Shown one piece after another: positions 1 to 14,497 of a stretch of 64,000 bases of DNA. Each line of letters starts with the position of its first letter. The stretch's first letter is position 1. Origin of the DNA: the human T2T-CHM13v2.0 reference genome, Homo sapiens. The stretch lies in NCBI RefSeq assembly GCF_009914755.1, contig NC_060943.1; one strand, written 5' to 3'. The notes beneath the pieces are model-generated. The model was given only the letters and a program-made list of their open reading frames with translations. It did not search any database and was not told the origin of the DNA. Position numbers and translations under genes: made by a program.

Positions 1-27
1 TGTATTACTGATGTTGTTAAAAAGTTA

Positions 28-413
<386 letters not shown>

Positions 414-502
414 TTATGCTAACGTAACAGAATAAAAGCTAATCTCAGAAGGTTGCAAACTATAGGATTCCATTTACACAAAATACTCAAAGTGAAAAAT
501 TG

Positions 503-1225
<723 letters not shown>

Positions 1226-1295
1226 TCGTACAGATGAAGAACAGATTGGTGATTCCTGGGCTTAAAGAAGGTGCATGTCTCAAAACTGCACAGAA

Positions 1296-1297
<2 letters not shown>

Positions 1298-1335
<38 letters not shown>

Positions 1336-1504
1336 GCGTACACACACGCACGCAGACACAGACGCAGACACGCACACACGCGCAGACGCACAGACACGCA
1401 CGCGCAGACGCACACACACGTGCGCACACACGCACGCACACGCACAGACGCGCACACGCACAGACACACACCCGCACGCACACACAGACACACACACGTG
1501 CGTG
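1298..1504. repeat. (CA)n followed by a CACGCA/CAGACG compound microsatellite
   Basis: Directly visible ~200-bp mostly alternating purine-pyrimidine tract. Confidence 0.97.
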
Positions 1505-1821
1505 TAAAGCCGGTGGAATCTGATCAGGATCTGTGGACGGCACCAATGTCGGCTTCCTAGGTCTGACGCAGCACCACGGGTGGGCGGGACGGTACCCCTG
1601 GGGGTGGCTAGGTGAGAGGAGAACACTCTGCCACTTCCTGTGAATCCCGAAAGACTTCAGAATAAAAAGTGGATCAACTTCAAGGACGAGGGCCCAAGAG
1701 AGTAACAGAAAATTCACCAGAGAGCCATTCACAGGGTCAATCCCCTTCCGAGAAGACCACCGCCCTCTATTAAACAAGTGGCAGGTGAAAGGACACGATC
1801 TTTGTCACCTATTAAATGAGA

Positions 1822-2845
<1,024 letters not shown>

Positions 2846-5520
2846 ACCTAACTCCTCTCTCGACACCAATTTTTAAATATTTATAAATATCGAAGAACAG
2901 GCAGACCCTTCACAGGGGAAAACTTATGTTTAATTAATTTTCAGGGACACCTTTTATTCTCACCTGGGTTTCTGGTTCTCAAATCTAAAGTTTCCTTTCA
3001 AATGAACTTAAGAAAAGCGAGGTGACTTAAAAGGGAGCTAGAACAGGGCACATGAAGAAGGGGCCAAGGTGGAGAATGCGGCTGGGGTACCCCATCAGCC
3101 ATCAGCGTTGGGGACTCCTGGCGAAGGGTGGCGTCCCCGAAGCCAACTAGGCCCCGCCTGGAAGGAAGCTGCACCCACTGTTCCAGGAAGAAGCCGAGGT
3201 TTGGGAAGGGATCCCACAGCTCCGGGGCTCCATCCTGCTGATGAGCCCCAAACTCCCCTCTTCCTGGGTCCTCGGAGAGGAGAAGCAGGAAGCGGGGAAA
3301 TGAGCTACTGCAGCTCCTGGGCCCTGCCGGGATCCCTCCGCCCCTCGCACCCATCGACTCGCTGAACCTGACGATGGAAGAGAGCAGGTGCCCATCTTGC
3401 GGGAGCTTCGGGAGGGCCACACCTGGGGCCAGCGCCACAGCCTGCAGGGGCCTGGGGGAGTGGAGGCAATGAGGAGGGTGCCACCAACTCAGGCCTTGGA
3501 GCTCTGCATCCTCCACCACCCCCGGGCTCAGGCGGGCGTTAACTGCATGGACTGAACGGGGAGGGGGTCACCCCTCTGTGTCCAGGAGCTGGGGGGTCCC
3601 AGGCTGGAGCAGCCACATCACGTCCCTCAAGGGCAAAAAATGCAACATACTGGGCCTCACTGGGCCCTCCAAAGCCTCCGCCCTAACGTGTGAGGGGACA
3701 AGGCGAGACCCTCCCAACCTGCAGCATTGGGGCAGGGCCGGAGCACAGGGCGAGACTCTGTGGGAACCACAGAAAATACATCTGCAAACATTGGCAGGTT
3801 CCTGCTGGGACCGGGCTGGGCGTCCAGGGAGAGGCAACCCAGAGGGAGCATTCTCAGGTCCACACGGCCTACACACCACAGCTCTGGTTACCCAGGGACC
3901 AATCTCACAGTGGTCCGTGCCAGGGCTGAGGGGGTGAGAGGCGACAGGGGACGAGGGAAGACACCTCCCACCCCACCCTCCCCACCAGGCCCTGCTGTAA
4001 GCCCACCCAGAGGCCCAGGAGAATGGGGGTGGACGGCCTTGGGAGTTGCGCTTCCTCCTCCAGGAAGCCCCCAGGGCCTGACCCTCTGCCTCACACAGGG
4101 AAGCATTAGCATGTCCGGTTCCTGGGGCTGTTTCCGGGGGGCTGGCAGGGTGGCGTTTGGGGATTTCCACGCCTCAGGGAGCATATTCCGGCCAGCCCTG
4201 TGGCCACTTCCTCACGTAGAGGGGAAGGCCAGTGTGAGGCAGTGGGGGCAGCAAAGCGATGTCTCTCCATGTGGGGGTGCAAGTGCCCAAGTACAGAACC
4301 CCCTTTGCCCACCACTCAAAACCCCGACACTCCAGCCAGGGCCCACCCCTGGGGGATTCTGGAGATAACTGCAGGACGGCGCTTTCCACCCAGATCCCGG
4401 AGGCAGGAAGGACACAGCTTCAGAGGCCCCAACCCGAGGCCCCCACTCCCCGGAAAGATGCTGATGTCCACAAAGAGACCCGTGGCTCTGAAGCAGCATC
4501 GGGGGCACCCGCCCCAACCTCCCCCACCAAATCCTGTCGACAGCCAGCCTGGGCCGCCCAAATGCACATCAGACTAGACCCTCTCTCCATTCACAACCAT
4601 CCAGGGCTCCCCGCTGCCCCTGCAACGAACACAGCGCCCCTAGCCCGCCCCGCCGGCCGGTCCCACCGCAGGGCGTCCGTACGGGCTGCTCTCTCTGCCT
4701 GGCAAATTCCTCCCCTCATGCTCCCACGGCCCCTTCCTCTCACCCTCAGGGCTCTGCCCCGACACGCCCTCTGCGGAGACCTTCACTAGAGGTCCCGCTT
4801 TGGGGCAACCTGGCCCTCGCTGGGTGTGCCGTGAAGCCCTGCCCATGCTCCAGAGTGTGATTTTCAGGCCACCCCCAGGACCCCACGTCTCCCCTATCTG
4901 TCCCGCCCACTGCTGTGTCATCAGCGAGGGTGACCCGCTCATCCAGGTCAGCCTGGGATGTTTCTGCTTTGAGCACTCAAAGCCGCGGGTCCCAGGAATT
5001 GCCCCTCAGTCCTGGGCAAACCACAATGGCCGGTCACCCTGGTGCTGGGCCCTGCATACAGCAAGCGCCTAATACCTGCTTAAATGAAAGTCGTCGAGGC
5101 TCACAAGGTGGGTGGGATCCAGTGAGAGCCGGGATCCCGCACCACGCCCTCTCCAGAGCCTCAGTTTCCCCCTTATGGATTGACTGGAGAAACGGATGCT
5201 CGAGATCCCCACCCACACACAGGCCCAGCTCCAACCCTGCGCCTAAAAACAAGCCCCACCCAGCCCCCAGACCCAGGCTCCAGGCGCGGGAGGGACGAGG
5301 GGACGAGGGGCTCAGGGGCTCGGGCTCCCAAGGCAGGTCACACGGGCAACGGCAGCTGATTTCAGGGGTCTTCAGGCTCGCTGCCCCCGACCCGGCCTGT
5401 GTGGCCCTTTCCCCATTGTCTCCCTCCTTTGCTGCCCCAGCCTCCCTCGCCCGCACACTGTCTTCAACAGACCCTTGATCTCCTCACTCCACGAGCGCTG
5501 GCAGGAAGGCGGGGTCCTAC

Positions 5521-5593
5521 CTGAACCTCCGAACTGCGCCCCGGCCAGGGAGGCGGGCCGGCCCTTCCCGTTGGTGACAGGCAGCGGGAACAT
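5521..5593 (-). CDS. TCF3: TCF3 exon 3 (73 nt): MFPLPVTNGKGRPASLAGAQFGGS-G
   Basis: Pyrimidine tract and CTGCAG acceptor directly before ATG at 5593; donor GTAGGA at 5520-5515; peptide visible inside ORF 5372..5635(-) and continues exon 2 in frame. Exon 4 is left of the window. Confidence 0.97.
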
Positions 5594-8584
5594 CTGCAGG
5601 GAGGGGAGGGGAGACGTGAGCGGGGCGGGTGGCAAACCAAACCCTACAGTCCCGGGTTCAAACCCAAGCTGGGAGCAGAGCTGGGGACACCCGGGAACCT
5701 GAGACTGCGCTCCATCTAGGCCCGGCCCGTCCTGCTCCGCCCCATCACAGACCAGAAGACTCTGAGGACTCGCGTGCCCTCAAGTGACGCTGCACCCTGG
5801 ACACCCACGCCCAGAGTGAGAAAACTCCAGACGATGACCCCGCTGTACCGCCAGGCAGAGTCCCTGCCGCTGAAAACTCGCTGTTCCCCCTGCCTTTGCT
5901 CTGGGGGGAGGGGTATCCCATTAGGCGAAGGATACAACTTATCAGCTCTTGACAGTGATACAAAGTTGTCTTTACGTTTCAGCTCTGAAAAGTGAGAGGT
6001 TTACACTCAACAGGTGGACATGTGGAGAGTCCCCGGATGCCTGAGCCCTGGCTGACTCCTCGTTTCCTGTGTGTGCACTGGCCCCGCATGGCAGGCCCTG
6101 GAGCAGGGGGTCCCTGGAGCGGGGGGTAGGGCCCAGTGTCCCCCTACCAGGGCTGGGTATGGGTTTGCTTGGCAAAAGGGGAAGCCGAGGCTCAGACAGG
6201 CAGCAGGTCGAGGAAGACACGGGATGGAGCCCCGGGCCCGGCAGGAAGCTGGAGGGGCTGGGGAGAGGCTGCACCCCACAGCTGATCCAGCTCCTGGGTG
6301 CTAGGGGTGTGGGACTGCCACCCTCCCTCCCGCCCGGCTCACCCGTACCCAGAACACTAAGTCCCTAAAGATTAACGGGCTCAGCGGCATTAACCGGAAA
6401 AGCCAACGGCAACAAACCCTTTTGCCACAGAAAAAAACACAACAAGCCTCCGCCCTGCCCCAAGGGGCTGCGTTTTAAGGCTCCCATCGGGGCTTAAGTG
6501 ATCAAAGTGGCTGGAATCAGAGCCAGGGGCTTTCTGAGGAGCAGCCAAGATCCCCAACACCTTCCCCAGCCAGCCAGGAGGCGAAGGCACAGCGCCTGTG
6601 GCCACGATCCACAGGTCCAAAGGGGACCCAGGAAGCGGGGTTGTCCCCCACTCCCTGGTCCTGCAGAAGGGGAAACGGAGGCCGCATTCTCACCTGGCCC
6701 TGGAGAGGAAGAACGGTCTTGCGGGTAGGGGTGGCACCCGCGCTGAAGGCAGTGTTCGCCCTGGACCACACCCCCTCCCGCAGGCTCCGGTGCACCCAGC
6801 CTCCCCTGGACCCAGACCTCCAAGGGCCAACCTCTCATTTGGGAAACAAAGGCCTGCTGTGGGGGACAGCCAACTGCATTTCTATCTGCTTTGTCCCCTA
6901 GGACACCAGGGCTGCACCAACGTGCCACAGGTCACATGGGTACCGGGCTGTGTCCTGTGGGCTCTGCAGGCCTCATGAGCAGCCCAGAACAGCCCCCGCA
7001 CCCCTTGGAGCATCAGTTTCCTCTTCTGAGAAATGGACCGAGGGCTCTGGCTGTGTGGGACGTGGTGAAACCCAAAAGCCCATGGGAGTCTCGCACGCGG
7101 CAGGGCCTGGGGAGCTCGCTTCCAACAGCCTCGGTCCTAGGGACTCGCTCCCCCTTCATTCCTGAAGCCCCTGACTCAGGCCCAGGGACTGCCTGGGACC
7201 CAGGCAGGGCATGTCAGCCCAGGCCAGTGCTGGCGGGTCCTTCGTTCCCGACCAAAGCTAGCCTGGGTCAGGGCAGGACAAAGGCGCGCTGGGAACAGCC
7301 TGGGTTAGCGTTCTCCCTCGTATTTATTTGGAGTTCCCTGTTCTCTCACTTTATACGCATCTGGTCCAGGGAAGTAAGTGCTTCCCCTAGGACCCAGCCT
7401 CGGCAGGGGCAGAAGGCAGGCATGCAGGAACAGAGTGGGGATGCGGGCAGTCACAGGGGCTGCCTCTGCCTCCCCGTCCTGGCCAGGGAGGTGGAACTCC
7501 ACCTCTGGGTAAAGCCCGAGGGGGGACGCCCGGAGAGGACGGGCACCTCGCCGCTCCCAGCCTGTTTCCTCATCTGGGAACGGCTCCGACCCGGGATGGG
7601 GAGACGTGCTGAGTGGCTTGAGGTGAGGAGTCAGGTCCTGGGGCTGAACCTGTGCCCCCTCCCCCCAAACGCTGGTCTGTTCCAGCCCAGCGGTCTGTGA
7701 CTTGTCAGTTTAACAAAAAACAACCCAACTGCACCTCGGGTTACTCAGCCAGGGAAGCAAAAATAAAACGGGGCTTAAAAATACCAGCATGGCCCTTCCG
7801 GAGCCTTGGCCCCTCCGGCCCTTGGGCTGTTTTTTTCCGCAGGGTGGCCGGTGTTGTTTCAGTTTGGGGACTTTTGTTTTTGACAGACCTCAGTGGCCTG
7901 TGCCTCATAGGCGGGAGGGTTAAATTCAGACTGAAAGTGCCCTCCCCCAACCTGTTTCAACCCCAAACGCTGCCACTGGGCATGGGGGGGGGGGGGGAGC
8001 AGAATTTAAGGACATCTGTAGACAGGCCAGAAGAAACAAACCAAGGTCCCTGGGCTTCTCCAGGAACCCATAACACATGGCCCCACTGTACCAGCAGGCA
8101 AACCGAGGCCCCGGGCCTTTACAGCACCCGTCAGCGGCCGGTACCCCAGGGGGCTCCGGCATTCCAGCCTCACTGCACCTGCCTGAACTGTGTGACTTCT
8201 GAGGACCAGCACCCTCTGAGCCTCCGTTCACCCAGGTGGAGAATGGGCCGTACAGGGACAGATCCAACCACCTAAGACTCTGAAGAAGCCGCCCCGCCCT
8301 CCCCACCGGGCCTGCCTGCTCCGCAGTGATAACCGTGGCAGTCACAATGGTGGCGCTGCTGTCTGCTCGGTGGCCCATGAATTCCCACTCAATCCCAATC
8401 CAGCCTCCTCCTGGCCCAAGCTCGGCTTCTGGCAGCTTAACTTCAGCACCCACGTGTGACTAATTAACCACACAGTCAGTTTCATGCCCGCATCCTCTGC
8501 CCACCAGGGGAGTCCCGTATGGGGCAGGTTGTGTCTGCCCTGTTCACGGAGGGTGGTCCGCTCAGCACTGGGCACCCCCTCCTT

Positions 8585-8890
8585 TACTTCTTTGAGGAAG
8601 GATCTTACTCTATCGCCCAGGAAGGAGTGCAGTGGCGCAATCACAGCTCACTGCAGCCTCAACCTCCAGGGCTCAAGTGATTCTCCTTGCCTCAGCCTCC
8701 CAAGTAGCTGGGACCACAGGCATCTACCACCACTCCTAGCTAATTTTTTGAGTTTTGTTTTGTCTTTTTGAGAAATGGGGCCTCACTATGTTTCCTGGGC
8801 TGGACTTGGAACTCCTGGCCTCAAGCGATCCTCCCGCCTCAGCCTCCCAAAGTGCTGGAATGACAGGTGGGAACCACTGTGCCCAGCCCC
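8585..8890 (-). mobile_element. AluJ-like element in TCF3 intron 2, followed by MIR-like fragments (~8990-9125)
   Basis: Reverse Alu dimer; cccattttacagat and ctcagtttccccatctgtaaa are MIR core motifs. Confidence 0.85.
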
Positions 8891-9342
8891 CCTCCCATTT
8901 ACTGAAACAGGGTCTCCAGGGTCTCACTGTCAACCAGACTGGAGTGCAGTGATCTTTTACTTACTTTTAATTTTTGTATCTACAATGAGGTAAGCGACCC
9001 TGATCAGGCCCATTTTACAGATCAGAAGATCAAGGCCGCATTTTGCTTACCCAGCCAAGCTGGGGGCCCAGGACCATGCCCCTGAGGACTCAGTTTCCCC
9101 ATCTGTAAAGCAGTAGGCTGTAGAATGCTGCGTCCGGGCAAAAGCCCCATAGCACACGTGCTGCCGTGCGCTGTCAGCCTCCTGCCAGAGAGCGGCCCAC
9201 TCCCCCAGCCCCACCGGGGCCTCCCATCCAAACAGCTGAGGCTCCATCGCTGAAGTATTCAGCAAACACTCTCCCCTGAAAACCTTCCCGTGAACTGTGG
9301 AGGCAAAGGGGTGTCGGGGGCTGGGCGGGGGTCCTGGCTCAC

Positions 9343-9414
9343 CATGCTGAAGTCCAGGAGGTCACTGAGCTCCTTGTCTGTGCCCACAGGCGCCATCCTC
9401 TGCGGCTGGTTCAT
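9343..9414 (-). CDS. TCF3: TCF3 (E2A) first coding segment, exon 2: [24 protein letters not shown], containing the AD1 PCET/LDFS motif
   Basis: Reverse complement of 9414-9343 gives 24 codons matching the recalled E2A N-terminus; followed by donor GTGAGC (plus-strand gctcac 9337-9342), phase 0. Confidence 0.98.
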
Positions 9415-9453
9415 TCTCCTGGGGCCAGGGCGGGCACCTCAGGCCTGGAAACC
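9415..9453 (-). other. TCF3: TCF3 exon 2, 5'UTR part (39 nt)
   Basis: Minus strand ...ccaccaagcag|GGTTTCCAGGCCTGAGGTGCCCGCCCTGGCCCCAGGAGA-ATG matches the recalled TCF3 mRNA leader; pyrimidine-rich tract upstream. Confidence 0.93.
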
Positions 9454-10699
9454 CTGCTTGGTGGATGTGGGGACAGATGGACAGGGAGAAACAGGGAGGG
9501 GAGAAGAGTTGTGAGTGGTCAAAGCACAGAGTGCTAAAAGCCACCTAAAAAACCCTCAACCGCCCTGGGGTCTGAGTTCCAGCAGAGCCCTGGGGGCACG
9601 GGGAGCCCTGGGAGCAGGCGCAGGGAAGCTGGAATTCCAGAGTCTAGGTCCCTGCAGAGTCCTCCCCAGAGACCACAGGGAGTCTGAAAAATGGGGGGAG
9701 GGTGTGCAAATATAAACTCCCTAACTCCCCCAGGGAACACCAGGGCATCAAGTTGCCAAGTTTAAACTGCACGCAGGGCAGCCAGAACCTCTCCTTTCTC
9801 CAACTCTCTCATTTCCAACCAACCCCGGGCTTCCTCTGAGGCCCCCTACCCCCGGGAAAGGGAGGAACAGCCCGATCCTACCCCGCCCCGAGGGAAATTT
9901 GGTGATTCCCCCCTCCCCCAGCAGATGGCACAGCCCGTTGAAGACCAGGTCGCCCCCAAATTCAACATGAAGGAAATCCACAAGTCAGAAAACCACGAAA
10001 CTCTTTTACAAGCTTCAAGACTTAAAGTGCCGGGGGTGGGGGGGACGCGCATCCTATGCAGGGACCAGCAAAGCTTTCCTCCACCCTCAATCTCCCTCCC
10101 CCCAAGAAAACCCCAACAGTATTCAGGAAAGAAAAAAAAAACAGCCCTAGATTGCTTTACTGTCGCGATGTATCCGGGAATTATTTTTAAGCAAAACTTT
10201 GACAACATCCCTTGCCTGCCCTCCATGAGCGGGGAGAGCGTCTCAAGACCAGGGTGCTCCCGCGTGGTCCCAGGGGGCTCCATTCTAAGATGGGGGATGG
10301 GGGATCCACCTGCCAAGACCCATTCCACCCCCAGAAAAAGGTACAGAGAAAAATTTCCATTCCAAAGAAATGCACTCCAGGCCCCTCCAGTCTCGACTTT
10401 CCCCAGGGGTCCCCAGGTGGGGACGGGGGCAGCCCGGGAGACACCTCCGAGGCTGGGGGTGGGGAGGAGCCTCCGAGGTCGAGGGAGACCCAACTTCAGA
10501 AGCAGAGAAATCCCCTCTTTGTCTGCCAACTGGAGGCCGGGTGTGAAGCGGGCGCCCCAGCGCAGCCCCTCCCCCGCTCAGTTTTTTTCTTTTTTGGAGG
10601 GCGTGTGAAACTGACTTTTTTTGAGGACTACGAAACCGCACTTTTTTGTGGGGTAGCTGAAACCGATTTTAAGACAGACTTAGTTGGGGGGGTGGCGAG

Positions 10700-12500
10700 C
10701 TAAAACGGGCATTCTACGGGAGCTGGAAGACTTCTGGGGCGTCCCAAGGACTTTGAGAGACTTGGAGAATGTTTGAAGCCACTTTGCACGGCGCCGAAGG
10801 CGGGGGGCGCGCTGGAACGCCTTTTTCCCGGGGGGAGGCGGCCCGGGAAGCCGGACCCCCCTCCCCCCGCAGCCGGTGCAGGCGGTGCGGCCCGGGAGCC
10901 TTTGAAGCTCGCAGCGCGGCCGCCGCCTCGCCCCGCATTAACGCGGAGCAGATGTTACCCGCGCGCCCCCCCCCGGCCCGCCCGGCCCCGACCAGCGCCT
11001 GCAGCGCGCGGCACCTTCCCCGCGCAGACAAAAGGACGTCCCTCCCGCGCGCTCCCCACCCCAAACTCCGGCGCCCGGGCCGGGCCCCCCTCTACCCGAG
11101 AAAGGGGGCGCCCCGGGGTCCCCGTGCGCCCGGGCTGGGGGGGACGGTCCTCGCGCCTAAGTTGCACAGCCCGTCCGGCGCCCCCCGCGCCCCCGCCCGG
11201 GGCTGCTTAAAGTTTCCCGAAGTGCCCGGCCCGACGGGGGCGACGCGGGCCTGGCGAGCTCCGGGCTCCTCCACGTCGCCGCCCCCCCGGCGCCGCGCGA
11301 AGTTGGAGAACAATGACTCCCGGGCCGCGGGGCGCCCCCCGACACCGCCCCCGCCCCAACTTCCTCCGCGCCCCCCCCCAACAAGCGCGCGCGGGGCGGG
11401 CCGGGGTTCCCTGGGCACAAAGCACGGGGGTACCGGGCGCGCCCCCCGCCCCCCGCCGGGCTCACCTGCTGGGCGCGGCCGGGCACGCGGCGCGTGGGGG
11501 GGGGCGGCGGCATGAAGCGGGGGGGCCCCCCCCCGGACAAAGGTGCGTCGCGGCCGGGCCCCCGAGGGTCGCGCGTGGGCGGCGGCGGCGGCGCGCGTGG
11601 CCCGGGCCCCTCCCACCCCCGCGTGGCCCGTCCCGCGGGGCCCGTGCGCGCGGCCGGCCGGGGCGCCCCTGGGGCAGCGGCGTGCGCGGTGCCCGCGGTG
11701 CCCGCCGCCGCGTCGGCTCCGGCCCGCTACGCCCGCAGCCGCCGCCGCTGCCTCATCTTCCTGCGGCGGGAGACATGTTCCGCCCCCCGCCCGCGCCGCC
11801 CCGCCCCGCCCCGTGCAGGCCCCGCCCCTGCCCCGCCCCCGAGTGCCCCGCCCGGCGGCCCACGCGGATCCCTCCGCCACCTCCGGGCGGCTCGGGCCCG
11901 AACGCCCTAGCTCGGCCTCTCGAGCACCCTCGTGAGGACCCCGAATCCCGTGAGGTCCAGAGCCTGGGAGCGGGGACGCGCAGAGGAGGCGGTCGGGCCA
12001 CGGCGCGGGGAGAAATCACGGACTATCCCCGTCCGCGGAAGCACACACGAGCTGTGCGCTTAGTCCATGACGCAAGCGAGTAAGGCCCGTGAGATTGAAA
12101 GCTAAGGCAGAGCAGTCTGGTCAATCGGAAGCCGCGAAAGTCTGATGGGCGGGGATCCTAGCCATTCGTGGTGAGGCCCCGCCTCCTTTCTTCTCGGCCC
12201 CGCCCCTCAGCAGAGGCGGGACTCTGCGAGCGAGAGGCCGCGAGAGGCGGCCGGGGTGGGTCCTGGAGTTTTGTTCTCAGGTTGGCGTGGCCGCCCGCGC
12301 GGAGCCTTCTGCTTGGTTATATTTGCGTTCCTCGGGCCGGCCCCGCGTGCTGAGTGGTGCGAGCGGGTATCACGGCCCCGAGGGGGCTACGTCAGACCCA
12401 TTTTCCCGGCGGGAAAACCGACTCTGGCTCCGGCTCTGGGTCAGAGAGCCCCGCGGGGAGTCTCAGCGGTGCCTTTGCCGACTTGAGTCTCCGTCTCGGC
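10700..12500. promoter_or_regulatory. TCF3: CpG island / TCF3 promoter
   Basis: Very high GC and CpG density; tandem CCCCGCCCC SP/KLF boxes at ~11781-11850; CGGAAG ETS cores at ~12036 and ~12126. Confidence 0.92.
11466..11780 (-). other. TCF3: TCF3 non-coding exon 1 (5' boundary/TSS approximate)
   Basis: Near-consensus donor CAG|GTGAGC at 11466/11465 in the CpG island core, with GC boxes just upstream (11781-11850). The exact TSS cannot be read from sequence. Confidence 0.8.
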
Positions 12501-12602
12501 ATCTGTGAATTTGGACCTGACTTTGGACAGAACTCAGGCCAGATCTGGCTTCCTGATTCTTAGTAGTCCGTGTCTACATTTTAGTAAAAAGTGACCCCGC
12601 CT

Positions 12603-13334
<732 letters not shown>

Positions 13335-14005
13335 TTACACTCCACTCCCAGCCTGGGAAGATGCCACCATCTCGCTGGCCCGCTTGGCTCCAGCCATCCT
13401 GCCCTCTGGATGGTCCAGAACTTGCTAAGCTCATCCCCACCCCGGGCCTCTACGTTTGCTTTGTCCTCTACCTGGGAGGCTTTTCCCACCCCTATCTGGA
13501 GCCCCTGAGTCATCACAGTTCAATGCTGCACCTATGCCAGGCCGGCGGGGAGGCGGGGCCACAGGGGCCCCCCACCAAAGCCACAAGCCCCTCCTGCTAT
13601 ACACCCAAACTGGGCTGTCCACAGTCCGACCCTCCGTGCCCAGAGAGTTCCACGTGCCGCAGGTCTGGGGAGAGGGCTGTGGGTCCCAGGGTCTGTGCTG
13701 CAAATCCCTCATCCCTCTCCACCTCACTGTGACCTCAGGCAAGTTCGTGCTACTCTCCGGGCCTCGGTTTCTCCATCTGGACAGTGGAAGGGGGGAGTCT
13801 GGCACACAGTAGGTGCTCACAGCTGATGCCTGCCTTCCTCAGCCGCCCCCCACCCCCGCAGAGGCCTCTCCGGAGCCAGGGTCTCCAAGCAGCTCCAATC
13901 CCACCCCAGCCTCCTCAGCCCCCGGCCCTTCCTTGTGGCCCAGCCCTGACCCCATGGGTCTGAGGGTGTCTGTGGCCGGGTCTGGCTCTCCCCATTCCAG
14001 TGTAG

Positions 14006-14497
<492 letters not shown>

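Noticed and set aside
9454-9458. NAGNAG (AAG-CAG) tandem acceptor at TCF3 exon 2
   Set aside because: Present, but a 3-nt shift in the 5'UTR keeps all frames, so little consequence is expected.
10714-12083. Overlapping 116-262 aa Arg/Pro/Gly/Ala-rich ORFs
   Set aside because: Expected stop depletion in a CpG island; only the ATG-initiated uORFs consistent with TCF3 splicing were kept.
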